NCBI GenBank assembly: GCA_040386535.1
Contig: JAZKFH010000011.1
Span: 64,001 to 128,000, forward strand
DNA: 64,000 bases
Direction of reading: 5' to 3'
From: Myxococcota bacterium
GTDB taxonomy: Bacteria > Myxococcota_A > UBA796 > SXON01
Position 1 is the stretch's first letter, and each line of letters opens with the position of its first letter. The notes beneath the pieces were generated by a model. The model had not been told where the DNA came from. It did not search any database and worked only from the letters and a program-made list of their open reading frames with translations. Below are positions 51,222 to 61,409 of this stretch, piece by piece. The translations under genes and the position numbers were made by a program.

Positions 51222-52517
51222 CTACGGCTCCCCGATCACCCGCCCCACGAACCCGTTGCGAAACACGCCAGCGGGGTCCAGCTCCCGCACGAGCGCCGCG
51301 AACGCCCCGGCCTGCGGGTAGACGCGGCGGATCAACGCGGCGTCGAACGCGCCCTCCTTCCCCCAGTGCGGCCGCCCGCCGTAGTCCGCGGCGATGGCGG
51401 CCGCGGCGGCGAAGAACGCGGCCCGATCGGGCGACCCGCCCACGTACGCGCCGAACTGCACGCTGTCGCGGCCGTAGGCGGGGCTCATCCAGTTGGTGTC
51501 CCCCTTCACGAAGCGCAGCTCGACGATGAAGTTGACCCGCAGGCCCTGGGTGTCGATCACCTCGCGGAGGCGCCGGAACGCGGCGACGGCGTGCTCCGCG
51601 GGGATCGCCCACTCGCTCTCCCGGTGCACCGGCGGCATCGCGAGCGACAGCACGTGGTCGCTGCGGCCGGCCACGCGGTTCGCGCGGAAGTGGACCGCCG
51701 CCACGATGCGGTTGAGCACGGGGATCCAGGCGGGGACGGCGCTCCCGAGGGCCAGGATCCAGCGGAACACGTGCGCGTTCACGACGCGCTCGTCGAGCGC
51801 GCGGCGCCGCGCGTCGTAGGTGGCGGGCGCGTCGCTGCGCTCCCCGCGGAAGATCAGCGCGGTGTCGGTGTGGGGGAGCCACCAGAGCTTGGCCCACTCT
51901 GCGTCGCCGGCAAGCGTCGTAAGCGCGGTGGCGCCCGCCTCGAACGACACGGGCGTGGTCGTCTCCACGATCCGGAACGCGCGCTCCACCCGGAGCGTCA
52001 CCTCGGTGACCACCCCGAGCGCCCCGAGCGACACGCGCGCGGCGGGCAGGCGCGCATCTCCCTCGTCGAGCACAAGCACCTCTCCGGACGCCACCACGAT
52101 CCGCATGGCGACGATGAACGAGGAGAGGTTGCCGTGAACGAGGCTCGACCCGTGCGTGCCCGTCGCGAGCAGCCCGGCGAGGCTCTGCTGGTCGATCGAG
52201 CCGACGATGGAGAGCGCCCAGCCGCGGGTGGCCAGGGCATCGTCGAACGCGCGCAGGCGCATCCCGCCCTGTGCGGTCGCGAGCCCGCGCTGCTCGTCGA
52301 TGTGCACGAGCTGATCGAGCCGATCGAGCCGCACGATCACGCCATCGGTCACCACACCGTCCGACCACGAGTGCCCGCCGCCCACCACGCGCACCCCCCG
52401 CCCGGCCGCCGCGGCGTCCCGCACCACCGCGCACACCTCCGCCTCGTCCGCGGGGTGCGCCCACGCCCCGGGCGTCACCGCGTGGCTCTTGCCCCAGGTC
52501 TCGAAGCGCTCGGTCAC
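51222..52517 (-). CDS. FAD-linked aldonolactone (L-gulonolactone/D-arabinonolactone) oxidase family
   Basis: RVVGGGHSWS, ATGTHGS, SLGALGV, ELRFV, GGRPHWGK, DPAGVF.N. Confidence 0.92.
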   Translation of the reverse strand: MTERFETWGKSHAVTPGAWAHPADEAEVCAVVRDAAAAGRGVRVVGGGHSWSDGVVTDGVIVRLDRLDQLVHIDEQRGLATAQGGMRLRAFDDALATRGWALSIVGSIDQQSLAGLLATGTHGSSLVHGNLSSFIVAMRIVVASGEVLVLDEGDARLPAARVSLGALGVVTEVTLRVERAFRIVETTTPVSFEAGATALTTLAGDAEWAKLWWLPHTDTALIFRGERSDAPATYDARRRALDERVVNAHVFRWILALGSAVPAWIPVLNRIVAAVHFRANRVAGRSDHVLSLAMPPVHRESEWAIPAEHAVAAFRRLREVIDTQGLRVNFIVELRFVKGDTNWMSPAYGRDSVQFGAYVGGSPDRAAFFAAAAAIAADYGGRPHWGKEGAFDAALIRRVYPQAGAFAALVRELDPAGVFRNGFVGRVIGEP

Positions 52518-52621
52518 CGGCGGAGCGTAGCAGGAGCGGCGCCTGTCCTACCGTTCCACGTGGAACGGGTGGCACGCCGGCCGTTCCCGGGCGAAGCTCG
52601 CGCGACACGACGGAGGCGACG

Positions 52622-53347
52622 GTGGAGCGCGTGGTACGGACCTGGTTCAGCCCCTCGGTGGGCCGCGAGATGGGGGTGGCCCGCTACGGCCACTACGGCA
52701 AGCCCGTGATCTTCTTCCCCACCGGCGGCGGCGACTACCTCGACTGCGAGCGCTTCCTGATGGTGCGGGCGCTCGCGCCGCTGCTCGACGCGGGCCGCAT
52801 CAAGCTCTACGCGGTCGACAGCACCTGCCGCCAGTCCTGGACCAACCCCGACGTGCCCCCGCTCGAGAAGAGCCGCATGCAGGCGCGTTACGACCAGTGG
52901 CTCACCGACGAGCTCGTGCCCTGGATCCGCACCGACTGTGGCGGCACCGACCAGAAGTTCGCCGCGTGCGGCGCGTCCATCGGCGCGTACCACGCCCTCA
53001 CGCTCACGTGCAAACACCCCGAGATCGTCGACACCATGGTCGGCATGAGCGGCACCTACGTCATGGACCGCCGCATGGCGGGCCAGTGGAACGAGGACTG
53101 GTACTACAACGATCCGGTGCAGTTCGTCCCCACCCTCGGCGGCGATCGTCGCGACGTGCTCCTGCGCGCCCGCTTCGTGTTCGGTCTGGGCCAGGACCAC
53201 GAGAACCCCGCCTACACCTGGCGCATCGCGAACGTGCTCGGCGCGGGCGGCTACTGGAACCGCGTCGAGACCTGGGGCGCCGGCAGCGGCCACGACTGGC
53301 CCACGTGGCGGACCATGTTGCCGACGTTTTTGGACCGGTTGGTCTGA
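52622..53347 (+). CDS. Putative esterase (alpha/beta hydrolase)
   Basis: YGHYGKPVIFFPT, GASIGAYHA nucleophile motif, HDWPTWR. GTG 52622 follows a GGAGG. Confidence 0.9.
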   Translation: MERVVRTWFSPSVGREMGVARYGHYGKPVIFFPTGGGDYLDCERFLMVRALAPLLDAGRIKLYAVDSTCRQSWTNPDVPPLEKSRMQARYDQWLTDELVPWIRTDCGGTDQKFAACGASIGAYHALTLTCKHPEIVDTMVGMSGTYVMDRRMAGQWNEDWYYNDPVQFVPTLGGDRRDVLLRARFVFGLGQDHENPAYTWRIANVLGAGGYWNRVETWGAGSGHDWPTWRTMLPTFLDRLV

Positions 53348-53371
53348 TACGGGGGGCGCCCGTCGTGAGCG

Positions 53372-53497
53372 GGCGACCTCGAGATCAACCTCTACCTGAC
53401 CGCCGACCGCTTCCAGATGGCGGTCGTCGACGGCTCGACCGGCAAGACCACGCAAGAGTCCCGGCGCTGGGACGACGACTCCAAGTCGGGCGGTAAG
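53372..53497 (+). pseudogene. Short coding-like gene remnant
   Basis: GDLEINLYLTADRFQMAVVDGSTGKTTQESRRWDDDSK has strong coding codon bias, an in-frame stop just upstream and repeats just downstream. Confidence 0.35.
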
Positions 53498-53759
53498 AGG
53501 GGCCCGCGTCGCCGAAGCGGCGCCGCCGCGTGCCCTCCGGGCGCGCTTCGCTTGGTCGGCGCCGAGCCGCCGACGCGCCGAGGCGGCGCCCCTCCAGCCC
53601 CGCTGGGCCAAGGCCCTTCGAGCATCCACGAATACGTGTGCATCAGGACGGGGTAGGCTTCGTTCCGGCGGGCCTGGCGGCTCGAATTGGGCCGGGCTGC
53701 TGGTGGAAGCAGGCGGTGGTCCGCGGCGCCGCGCCCCCTCACCCCGTCCACCGCCGCCG

Positions 53760-53940
53760 CCCGAGCGACACGCTCTGTCGGTCCGCGGCGCTGCTCGCGG
53801 CGGCCCACCGCACCCGCGGCGCCCCAGCCAGCTGGCCCAAACGACATCCTCTGTCGGTCCGCGGCTCCGCCCTCCACGCGCAGCTGCGCCCCAGCCAGCT
53901 GCCCCGAACGACAACCTCTGTCGATCGCGCGGTGCTCGCG
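53760..53940. repeat. Family D cluster (3 cores)
   Basis: CGACA-N5-TGTCG(GTCCGCGG) mini-hairpins, mostly preceded by GCCCCAGCCAGCTG. Confidence 0.85.
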
Positions 53941-54051
53941 CGCGGGTGTGATCGCTTTCAGTGGGTAGCCGTCCTCCGCGTCGGGACGGGGTGAACAAGG
54001 CTCCGGGTGTGTCGAGCCCGCGACGCGCCATGCGCCGCCAGTTCCGGGAGC

Positions 54052-54605
54052 GAGGAGGATGTCGATCGGCTGCTCGGGCGATTGAATGATGCGAAGAAGC
54101 AGGAAACTGCCAATGGGTGGCCCCCTCGCGGCCACCGGCTCCCCCTCTCGAACAGGCCTCCCTTCAGGACGCGCCGAACTCGCCGGATGAGACGCCATTG
54201 CCTATGCACTTCCCTCAGGCGTCCGTGCAGATCAGCGGGCCGTCGCTCCCGAGGTTTCCCGAGCCCACCGCCGCCGCCCGGATCGCGGGCCGCCGTGAGG
54301 GCCCGACCGCAGGGTAATAGGTCATGTCCCCATGAAATGCACGCGGCACGGAGCCATGCCGGGTTGAATGCTCGGAGCCAGGCTGCGACGGCCCGCGGGC
54401 TGCCGATAAACGCCCTTCGTTCCGTCGTGGCAGCCGTGGGAAGCCCTGACCTGACCGGAATGAACTGAATTCAGCGGCGTTCATGGTGGCATGACTCCGA
54501 TTTGGCGGCGTTGAAGGGGGCATGACCCCGCCCTCGACGAGCTCGTGCTCGAGGGCTGAGCGAACTGCATAGGCATTGAGACGACATCCCCCGAGTTCAG
54601 CGCGC
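54052..54605. repeat. Family A copy 3 with an inverted flanking arm
   Basis: Family A head at 54321; 54170-54214 and 54560-54605 are imperfect inverted copies of each other. Confidence 0.85.
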
Positions 54606-54884
54606 GGGACGGTCCGAACTCACGGCGGGCACCGCGCGACCACCGACGCGCCCCTGGCGAGCAGCTAGCCCTTCGTGCCGTTCGACGGGTGACCGCTCGA
54701 AGTGCATCAAACGTCTCGCGCGCCGGTCCGCCGCGCCTGTCAAGCGCCACTCAAGGGACCATCCCCGGCCACGATCTAGGGACCACCGGCCCCGCCGAGG
54801 TCCCCGCCGGCCACGAACAAGGGACCACCCAGGCGCAAACGACGGACCCCGCCAACGTGGCGATCGCATAGGCGGAATGGCCTG

Positions 54885-55340
54885 AACTGTCGGCCTGAGG
54901 CACTGCTCGCGCCGGCCCACCGCACCCGCCGCGCCCCAGCCAGCTGGCCCAAACGACATCCTCTGTCGGTCCGCGGCTCGGCCCCCCACGCGCAGCCCGC
55001 TGCGCCCCAGCCAGCTGCCCATCGCACGCGCCACGCCCCAGCCCGCTGGCGCAAACGACATCCTCTGTCGGTGCGCGGCTCCGCCCCTCACGCGCAGCTC
55101 GCCGGCGCCCCGGCCACGCGCCCCCCCGCCGCGCCCCGGCCAGCTGGCCCAGACGACATCCTCTGTCGGTCCGCGGCGCTGGTCGCGGCCCGGCCCACCC
55201 GACCCGCCGCCCCCAGCGAGCCCCCGCCGAACGACAAGCTCTCTCGGTCCGTGGCGCTGGTCGCGCGGCCCCCCACCCGCCCGCGCCACCAAGCCAGCCG
55301 GCGCCGAACGACAAGCTCTGTCGGTCCGCGGCGGCGTGCG
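54885..55340. repeat. Family D cluster (5 cores)
   Basis: ACGACATCCTCTGTCGGTCCGCGG or variants at ~54953, 55055, 55153, 55231 and 55308. Confidence 0.88.
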
Positions 55341-55562
55341 GCGTCCTCGGTCGCCCACACGAGCGCCGCCATGAGCCGCTCCCCCGCGTGAGGCCTCTGG
55401 AGGGCGGCCGTGCGCTCCGGCCTCCGGAGCGCACGGCCGGTCCGTCCGGGCGCCGCGCCCGGACGACGGAGGCGCCCCGCGCCGACCCCGGAAAGAGGCC
55501 GACCGCCGGGCGTCCGCGCCCGGCGGGCACGCCCAGCCACGGCCGGAGCCGACCGCCGACCC

Positions 55563-56483
55563 TCAGAGGTGCGTGATGACCGTCCGGTTGCGTCCGCTGT
55601 TCTTGGCGCGGTAGAGCGTGCGGTCGGCCGCCGCGACGAGCTCGGCCGGGCTGCCGAAGAGTGGGGACCACGTCACGACGCCGACGCTGGCGGTGACCTT
55701 GACCGGATCGTCGCCGACGGCCATGTCGAGCGCGCCGATCGCGTGGCGGACACGCTCGCCGGCGACCGCGGCGCCGTCGGCGGTGGTCTCGGTGAGCAGG
55801 ATGGCGAACTCCTCGCCGCCGTAGCGCCCCGCCACGTCGACGTTGCGCAGGCAGCCGCGCAGGGCGTGCGCGATCTGCGCGAGCACGCGATCGCCGACGG
55901 GGTGGCCCCACGTGTCGTTGACCACCTTGAAGTGGTCGACGTCGACGAGCAGCAGCGACACCGGCCGGCCGTAGCGCACGGCGCGGTCGAACTCGCGGTC
56001 GAGCGCCTGGTCGAAGGCGCCGCGGTTCATCAGGCCGGTCAGCGGGTCGATCGTCGCGAGCTGGATGAGCTGGCGCTCGGCGTCGAGCTCCAGGTCGTCG
56101 CGCAGGTTGAAGCAGAGGAGCGTGGCGCCGACGCGCACCCGGTCGTGCTCGACGAGCTCGTGGCGGCCCTCGAGCTTCACGCCGTTGACGTAGGTACCGT
56201 TGGTGCTGCCGAGGTCTTCGAGCCAGACGGGGGCGCCCTCCTGGAGCTCGCAGAACGCCACCACGTGACGACGGGAACAGCCCGCGTCCTCGAGGACGAT
56301 GTCACAATCGGGCCCGCGGCCGACCACCGTGCGCTCGCGGTCGAGCAGGTGCACCCGCCGCAACTCCTTGCCCTCGAGCACCACGAACACCGGGCGGCGA
56401 ACGGGCGGCGGGGAGGCGGGGTAGTCGCCGATGACGGTCTTCTCGTCGAAGATCGTGTCGATGTTGGAGGGACGTGCGGTCAT
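55563..56483 (-). CDS. FHA-domain diguanylate cyclase
   Basis: FHA motifs VGR...SRRH...DLGSTNGT; DPLTGL.NR, DHFK.VND.WGH..GD, RxxD followed by GRYGGEEF. Confidence 0.95.
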   Translation of the reverse strand: MTARPSNIDTIFDEKTVIGDYPASPPPVRRPVFVVLEGKELRRVHLLDRERTVVGRGPDCDIVLEDAGCSRRHVVAFCELQEGAPVWLEDLGSTNGTYVNGVKLEGRHELVEHDRVRVGATLLCFNLRDDLELDAERQLIQLATIDPLTGLMNRGAFDQALDREFDRAVRYGRPVSLLLVDVDHFKVVNDTWGHPVGDRVLAQIAHALRGCLRNVDVAGRYGGEEFAILLTETTADGAAVAGERVRHAIGALDMAVGDDPVKVTASVGVVTWSPLFGSPAELVAAADRTLYRAKNSGRNRTVITHL

Positions 56484-56651
56484 GGCGGCGCTGTGCCCAC
56501 TATACGAGGGAATCGCCCGTGTGGCCCACCCCGCAACAGAACGTTTGCGCGCGTGGTGTCCGGCGCCGGGTCCGCGCGGGGGAGCACGGGGCCCTCCGGT
56601 GGTGGAAAAGCGCGGGCCGATCGGCTAAGGCGCGGCGCTCCCCGGGGTCGA

Positions 56652-58043
56652 ATGCGCCCGCTCTCCGACAGCATCCTCGACAGCATCGGCGACACCCCCT
56701 GCGTCCGGCTCAACCGCCTGGCCCACGGTGTCCCCGGCGCGGTCTACGCGAAGATCGACTCGATGAACCCTGCGAGTTCGGCGAAGGACCGCATCGCGGC
56801 GCGCCTCGTCGACGAGCTGGAGGCGAGCGGCAAGCTCAAGCCCGGCGGCGTGATCGTGGGGGTCACCTCGGGCAGCACCGGGGCCGGCCTGGCGATGGTG
56901 GCCGCCGTGCGCGGCTACAAGTCCGTTTTTGTCATGGCCGACCGCCAGTCCGAGGAGAAGCGCGCGGTGCTGCGCGCGTTCGGCGCGCGGGTCGTGGTGT
57001 GCCCGGGGGACGTGCCCGCGGAGGACTCTCGCTCGGTCTACAAGACCGCCGAGCGGATCGTCGCCGAGACCCCCGGCGCCGCCTACGCGAACCAGTACGC
57101 CTCCGCCGCCAACCCCGAGGCGCACTACGCGAGCACGGGGCCCGAGATCTGGGAGCAGTTCGAGGGCAAGATCGACGTGTTCGTGGCCGGCCTCGCGTCG
57201 GGTGGCACGATCACCGGCGTGGGCCGGTTCCTCAAGGAGAAGAACCCGAACCTGCGCGTGGTCGGCGTGGATCCGGTGGGCTCGCTCTACTACGACTACT
57301 TCCACACCGGGCAGCTCACGCACCCGCACGCGTGGAAGGTCGAGGGCATCGGGGAGGACTTTCTCCCGCCCGCGATGGACTTTGCCCACGTGGACGACGT
57401 GGTGCGCGTGAACGACAAGGAGAGCTTCATCACGACGCGGCGGCTCGTGCGCGAGGAGGGCATCTTCGCGGGCCCGGCCAGCGGCGCGGCGGTGGCGGGC
57501 GCGCTCAAGTGGCTGCGGCTGCACGGCGGCGAGGCCACGCGGGCCTGCGTGATGTTGCCCGACTCGGGCAGCCGCTACCTCTCCAAGGTGTTCAACGACA
57601 ACTGGATGCGCGAGAACGGGTTCCTCGAGCCGGAGCTCGGCCTCGGCACCGTGCGCGCGCTGCTCGAGCAGAAGGGCCGCGGCCGGGCGCTGGTGACGGT
57701 GTCGCCCTCCGCGCGCGTCACCGAGGTCATCGGCGTGCTCAAGGTGCACGGCGTGTCCCAGGTGCCCGTGACCGACGGCGCCCACGTGCTCGGCATCCTC
57801 ACCGAGAGCCGCCTCCTGGAGCGTGCCCTCACCGGCAGCCGCGGCGACATCGAGGTGCGCGATCTCGTCGAGTCCACCTACTTCACCGTCGACGAGAGCA
57901 CCGAGGTGGGCGTGCTCACCGAGCTGTTCAAGCGCGCGAAGGTGGCCATGGTGATGGAGGGCGGCGAGCTCGCCGACATCATCACGCGCATCGATCTGAT
58001 CGACTACATCGCCCGCGTCACGAGCGCGGCCCGGGAGCGCTGA
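56652..58043 (+). CDS. Cystathionine beta-synthase / cysteine synthase family protein with C-terminal CBS domains
   Basis: IGDTP, NP..SAKDR, TGPEIWEQ, VEGIGEDF, PDSGSRYLSK, then a CBS pair. Confidence 0.92.
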   Translation: MRPLSDSILDSIGDTPCVRLNRLAHGVPGAVYAKIDSMNPASSAKDRIAARLVDELEASGKLKPGGVIVGVTSGSTGAGLAMVAAVRGYKSVFVMADRQSEEKRAVLRAFGARVVVCPGDVPAEDSRSVYKTAERIVAETPGAAYANQYASAANPEAHYASTGPEIWEQFEGKIDVFVAGLASGGTITGVGRFLKEKNPNLRVVGVDPVGSLYYDYFHTGQLTHPHAWKVEGIGEDFLPPAMDFAHVDDVVRVNDKESFITTRRLVREEGIFAGPASGAAVAGALKWLRLHGGEATRACVMLPDSGSRYLSKVFNDNWMRENGFLEPELGLGTVRALLEQKGRGRALVTVSPSARVTEVIGVLKVHGVSQVPVTDGAHVLGILTESRLLERALTGSRGDIEVRDLVESTYFTVDESTEVGVLTELFKRAKVAMVMEGGELADIITRIDLIDYIARVTSAARER

Positions 58044-58044
58044 C

Positions 58045-59199
58045 ATGACGCCGAAGAATGCACGGTTCGAGACCCTCGCCATCCACGCCGGCCAGGCCCC
58101 CGACCCCACGACCGGCGCCGTCATGACGCCGATCTACCAGGTGTCGACCTACGCGCAGGAGGGCGTCGGCAACCACAAGGGCTACGAGTACTCGCGCACC
58201 GACAACCCGACGCGCACGGCGCTGCAGGACTGCCTCGCCGCGCTCGAAGGCGCGAAGCACGGCCTCTGCTTCGCCTCAGGCCTCGCCGCGACGGACGTGC
58301 TCGTGCGCGCCCTGGTCAAGCCGGGTGACCTGGTCATCTGCGGCGACGACGTGTACGGCGGCACCTACCGCCTGTTCGACAAGGTGCACCGCCCCTACGG
58401 CGTGAAGTTCCAGTACGCGGACTTCTCCCGCGTGGACCTCGTGGACGCGATCCCCGACGGTACCAAGCTCGTCTGGCTCGAGACGCCCACCAACCCGCTG
58501 CTCAAGGTGGCCGACATCGAGGCCGTCGCAGCGCGCGCGCACGCGGTGGGCGCGAAGGTCGTGGTCGACAACACGTTCGCCACGCCCTACTTCCAGCGCC
58601 CGCTCTCGCTCGGCGCGGACTTCGTGGTGCACTCGACCACCAAGTACCTGAACGGCCACTCCGACGTGGTCGGCGGCGTCATGATGACGAGCGACACCGC
58701 GGCCTACGAGCAGATCAAGTTCCTCCAGAACGCCGCCGGCGCCGTGCCCGGCCCGATGGACAGCTGGCTCACGCTCCGCGGCCTGAAGACCCTCCACGTG
58801 CGCATGGACCGCCACATGGAATCCGGGTTGAAGCTCGTGGAATGGCTCGTGAAACACCCCGATGTGTCACGCGTGTATCACCCGCTCCTCGAGACCCACC
58901 CCAACCACGCCATCGCCAAGCGCCAGATGTCGGGCTTCGGCGGCATGATCTCGTTCGAGCTGAACGGCGACACCGCGCGCGCCGGCCGCTTCGTGGCCGC
59001 CACCAAGGTGTTCACGCTCGCGGAGAGCCTCGGCGGCGTCGAGTCGCTCCTCGAGGTGCCCGCGCTCATGACCCACGCGAGCATCGAGCCCGAGAAGCGC
59101 CGCGCCATCGGCATCGCGGACGGGCTCATCCGCCTCTCCGTGGGCCTGGAGCACATCGACGACCTCGTGGCGGACCTCGAAGGCGCGTTCCGCGCCTAG
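58045..59199 (+). CDS. Cystathionine gamma-lyase/synthase
   Basis: YEYSRTDNPTR, DDVYGGT, ETPTNP, VDNTFATP, HSTTKYLNGHSD, AESLGGVESL. Confidence 0.96.
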   Translation: MTPKNARFETLAIHAGQAPDPTTGAVMTPIYQVSTYAQEGVGNHKGYEYSRTDNPTRTALQDCLAALEGAKHGLCFASGLAATDVLVRALVKPGDLVICGDDVYGGTYRLFDKVHRPYGVKFQYADFSRVDLVDAIPDGTKLVWLETPTNPLLKVADIEAVAARAHAVGAKVVVDNTFATPYFQRPLSLGADFVVHSTTKYLNGHSDVVGGVMMTSDTAAYEQIKFLQNAAGAVPGPMDSWLTLRGLKTLHVRMDRHMESGLKLVEWLVKHPDVSRVYHPLLETHPNHAIAKRQMSGFGGMISFELNGDTARAGRFVAATKVFTLAESLGGVESLLEVPALMTHASIEPEKRRAIGIADGLIRLSVGLEHIDDLVADLEGAFRA

Positions 59200-59342
59200 G
59201 TCGGTGGGCGCTCGGCGAGCTGCCGCGCCGCGCGCGCCCGCCGCCACGTGATCCAACCGTCGCGTGCGAGCAACAGCACGGTCAGCGTGAAGCCCGCCCC
59301 GATGACGCACAGGAACGAGCCGAAGACGAGGATCTCGGGCAC
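59196..59342 (-). CDS. Possible small single-pass membrane protein (48 aa)
   Basis: (M)PEILVFGSFLCVIGAGFTLTVLLLARDGWITWRRAR: a TM helix followed by a basic tail, filling the intergenic gap. Confidence 0.4.
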   Translation of the reverse strand: MPEILVFGSFLCVIGAGFTLTVLLLARDGWITWRRARAARQLAERPPT

Positions 59343-59393
59343 GCGGCCGAGTAGCACGGGCCCCGGCGCGGGGCGACGCGAGGAGGCCGGAAC

Positions 59394-59981
59394 GTGACCC
59401 CGCTCGCCACCCTCCTCGCCCGCGGCCGCGCACCCCGCGCCGTCGGCTTCGACGACGCGCCCTTCGACAAGGCGCACGACGCCACGGTCGAGATCGCGGG
59501 CGTCGTGTGCGCGGGCACCCGCTTCGAGGGGATGCTCTGGGGCCGCGCGACCCGCGACGGCACCGACGCCACCGATGTCCTCGCGGCCCTGCTCCTCGGG
59601 TCCAAGTTCCGCGCCCAGGTGCACGTGGTCCTCCTCGACGGCATCGCGGTGGGCGGCCTGAACCTCGTGGACCTGCCCGGGCTCGCCGCCCGCGTGGGGC
59701 GCCCGTGTGTCGCGGTGATGCGGCGCGCCCCCGATCTGCCCGCCATGGACGCGGTGATCGCGCGCTTCCCCGACGCGGCCCATCGCCGCGAGGTGCTGCG
59801 CGCGGCCGGGCCGATCCACGACCTCGCGGGGGTGCCGTTCCAGGTGGCGGGCGCCGAGCCCGACGTGACCGCCGCGGTGCTCCGCGCGCTCACCGATCGC
59901 GGCCGCGTGCCCGAGCCGCTGCGTCTCGCCCACCTCATCGGGGCGGCGGTGCGGATGGGGGAGAGCGGGCGGCGGGCGTAG
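59394..59981 (+). CDS. DUF99 family (endonuclease dU-like) protein
   Basis: VGFDDAPF, DGTDATD, LLDGIAVGGLNLVD, PEPLRLAHLI. Confidence 0.9.
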   Translation: MTPLATLLARGRAPRAVGFDDAPFDKAHDATVEIAGVVCAGTRFEGMLWGRATRDGTDATDVLAALLLGSKFRAQVHVVLLDGIAVGGLNLVDLPGLAARVGRPCVAVMRRAPDLPAMDAVIARFPDAAHRREVLRAAGPIHDLAGVPFQVAGAEPDVTAAVLRALTDRGRVPEPLRLAHLIGAAVRMGESGRRA

Positions 59982-60039
59982 GGGGGAGAGGGGCGCTCGC
60001 TCGACCGACGTGGGATATCCGAGCACTTTGCGAGCCCCG

Positions 60040-60741
60040 ATGCGCCTCCTTGCCGTCCTCTCCGTCGTGGTCCTCGGTTGCACGCCGCCTCCCCCGTCGG
60101 CGCGCGAGGCGCCGGTCCGCGCGGTGAGCGTGTCGGCCACCTCCCGCATCAACGTGGTGCCCGACGAGGCCACCATCAGCCTCACGTTCGCCGCGACGGA
60201 CGCGAGCATGCGCACGTCCCACGCGGCGTCCGGCAAGGCGGTGGAAACGTTCCGCGCGGCGATCCTGGCGCTCGGGGTGCCGGCAGACGCGCTCGAGCTG
60301 GGCGGCACCACCGACGATCCCAACTACCGGCGCGACGGCTCGAACCGCGTCGTGAGCTACACGAGCACGACACACCTGATCGTGCGCATGAAGGAGTTCG
60401 AACGGGTGGCCGACGTGGTGGACACCGCCGTGGCCAGCGGCGTGACCGCGGTGGACGTGAGCTACCGCTCCACGACGATGCCCGAACACAAGAAGCGAGC
60501 CCGCGACCTGGCGATCGCCGCCGCGAAGGAGAAGGCCGCGCAGCTCGCGGTCGGCGCGGGGGCCGAGCTCGGCCGGGTCCTCACCGTGTCCGAGGGGACG
60601 ACGAGCGCGGGCGGCGCCTACCGCTCGTACGGAAACGTCGTGCAGACAGAGGTGTTTGCCGGCGCGGACGCGGACGGCCCGATCGCGCCGGGGACGACAC
60701 CGCTGGAGCTGACGATCGAGGCGACGTTTGTGTTGGAGTAG
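60040..60741 (+). CDS. SIMPL/DUF541 family lipoprotein
   Basis: VVVLGC; VSVSA...VPDEA...ARDLAIAAAKEKAAQLA...LGRVL.VSE. Confidence 0.92.
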   Translation: MRLLAVLSVVVLGCTPPPPSAREAPVRAVSVSATSRINVVPDEATISLTFAATDASMRTSHAASGKAVETFRAAILALGVPADALELGGTTDDPNYRRDGSNRVVSYTSTTHLIVRMKEFERVADVVDTAVASGVTAVDVSYRSTTMPEHKKRARDLAIAAAKEKAAQLAVGAGAELGRVLTVSEGTTSAGGAYRSYGNVVQTEVFAGADADGPIAPGTTPLELTIEATFVLE

Positions 60742-60949
60742 GGACGGTTCGCCAACGCTCACTCGCGCGCAGAATCAAGCGGAGCGAGGGGCTGCGCATG
60801 CGGGGCTTCGAATGGCGTCGGGCCGCCCGCAGCGTCGCCGGGCTCCGGGGCGTGGCGTCGGCGGTCAGACGCGGCCCCGGTCACGCGGGAAGTGCGCCGG
60901 GATGCCGTGTCCGCGGACCTTCGCGGGAGCCCGAAGAGCCATGGCCTCC

Positions 60950-61125
60950 CCAATGCGCACAATTCCGAGTCATGCCACCCTGAACGCCCATACTGGGCGG
61001 TCGGAGTCGGGAGGCCTGCCGCAAAGTGGAGCCTGGTCCGTAGGGCCGGCAGACGTTCCTGGCCAAAGCGTGCATTCGAGCGGACATGAGTCCGAACTAG
61101 CGGCGTTCACCGGGGCATGGGTCCC
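60950..61125. repeat. Degenerate family A-related fold-back element
   Basis: GAGTCATGCCACCCTGAACGC ... GCATTCGAGCGGACATGAGTC ... TAGCGGCGTTCACCGGGGCATG. Confidence 0.6.
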
Positions 61126-61366
61126 GCCCGGCTCCTCGGACGGGGCGGCGAGCGGGCGCCAGGAGCGTCACACAGCTGATCTCCCAGCGTCCCGAGGAGG
61201 CCCGGCGCGCTCGCTCGGTGACACCAGGGTTCGGCAGGCACCACGACTGCCAACCCGCCCCCGCCCGCCTCCCCACGGCTCCGCGCGCCCTCGCCCCACG
61301 ACTTCCTGAGCGCGGTCTCCCCCGTCCGTGGAGCCCTGGCGCCGCGCCACAGCGCCTCCTACACGC

Positions 61367-61382
61367 CGGCACACGGATTGCT
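61367..61382 (+). promoter_or_regulatory. sigma54 -24/-12 promoter
   Basis: CGGCACACGGATTGCT (GG-N10-GC) upstream of a GGAG and ATG 61410. Confidence 0.65.
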
Positions 61383-61409
61383 ACATCGCCTACGTACGCT
61401 GGAGTTCCC

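Noticed and set aside
55410..56651. N-terminal extension of the CBS enzyme (877-aa ORF)
   Set aside because: It is antisense to the FHA-GGDEF gene; the family N-terminus begins at ATG 56652.
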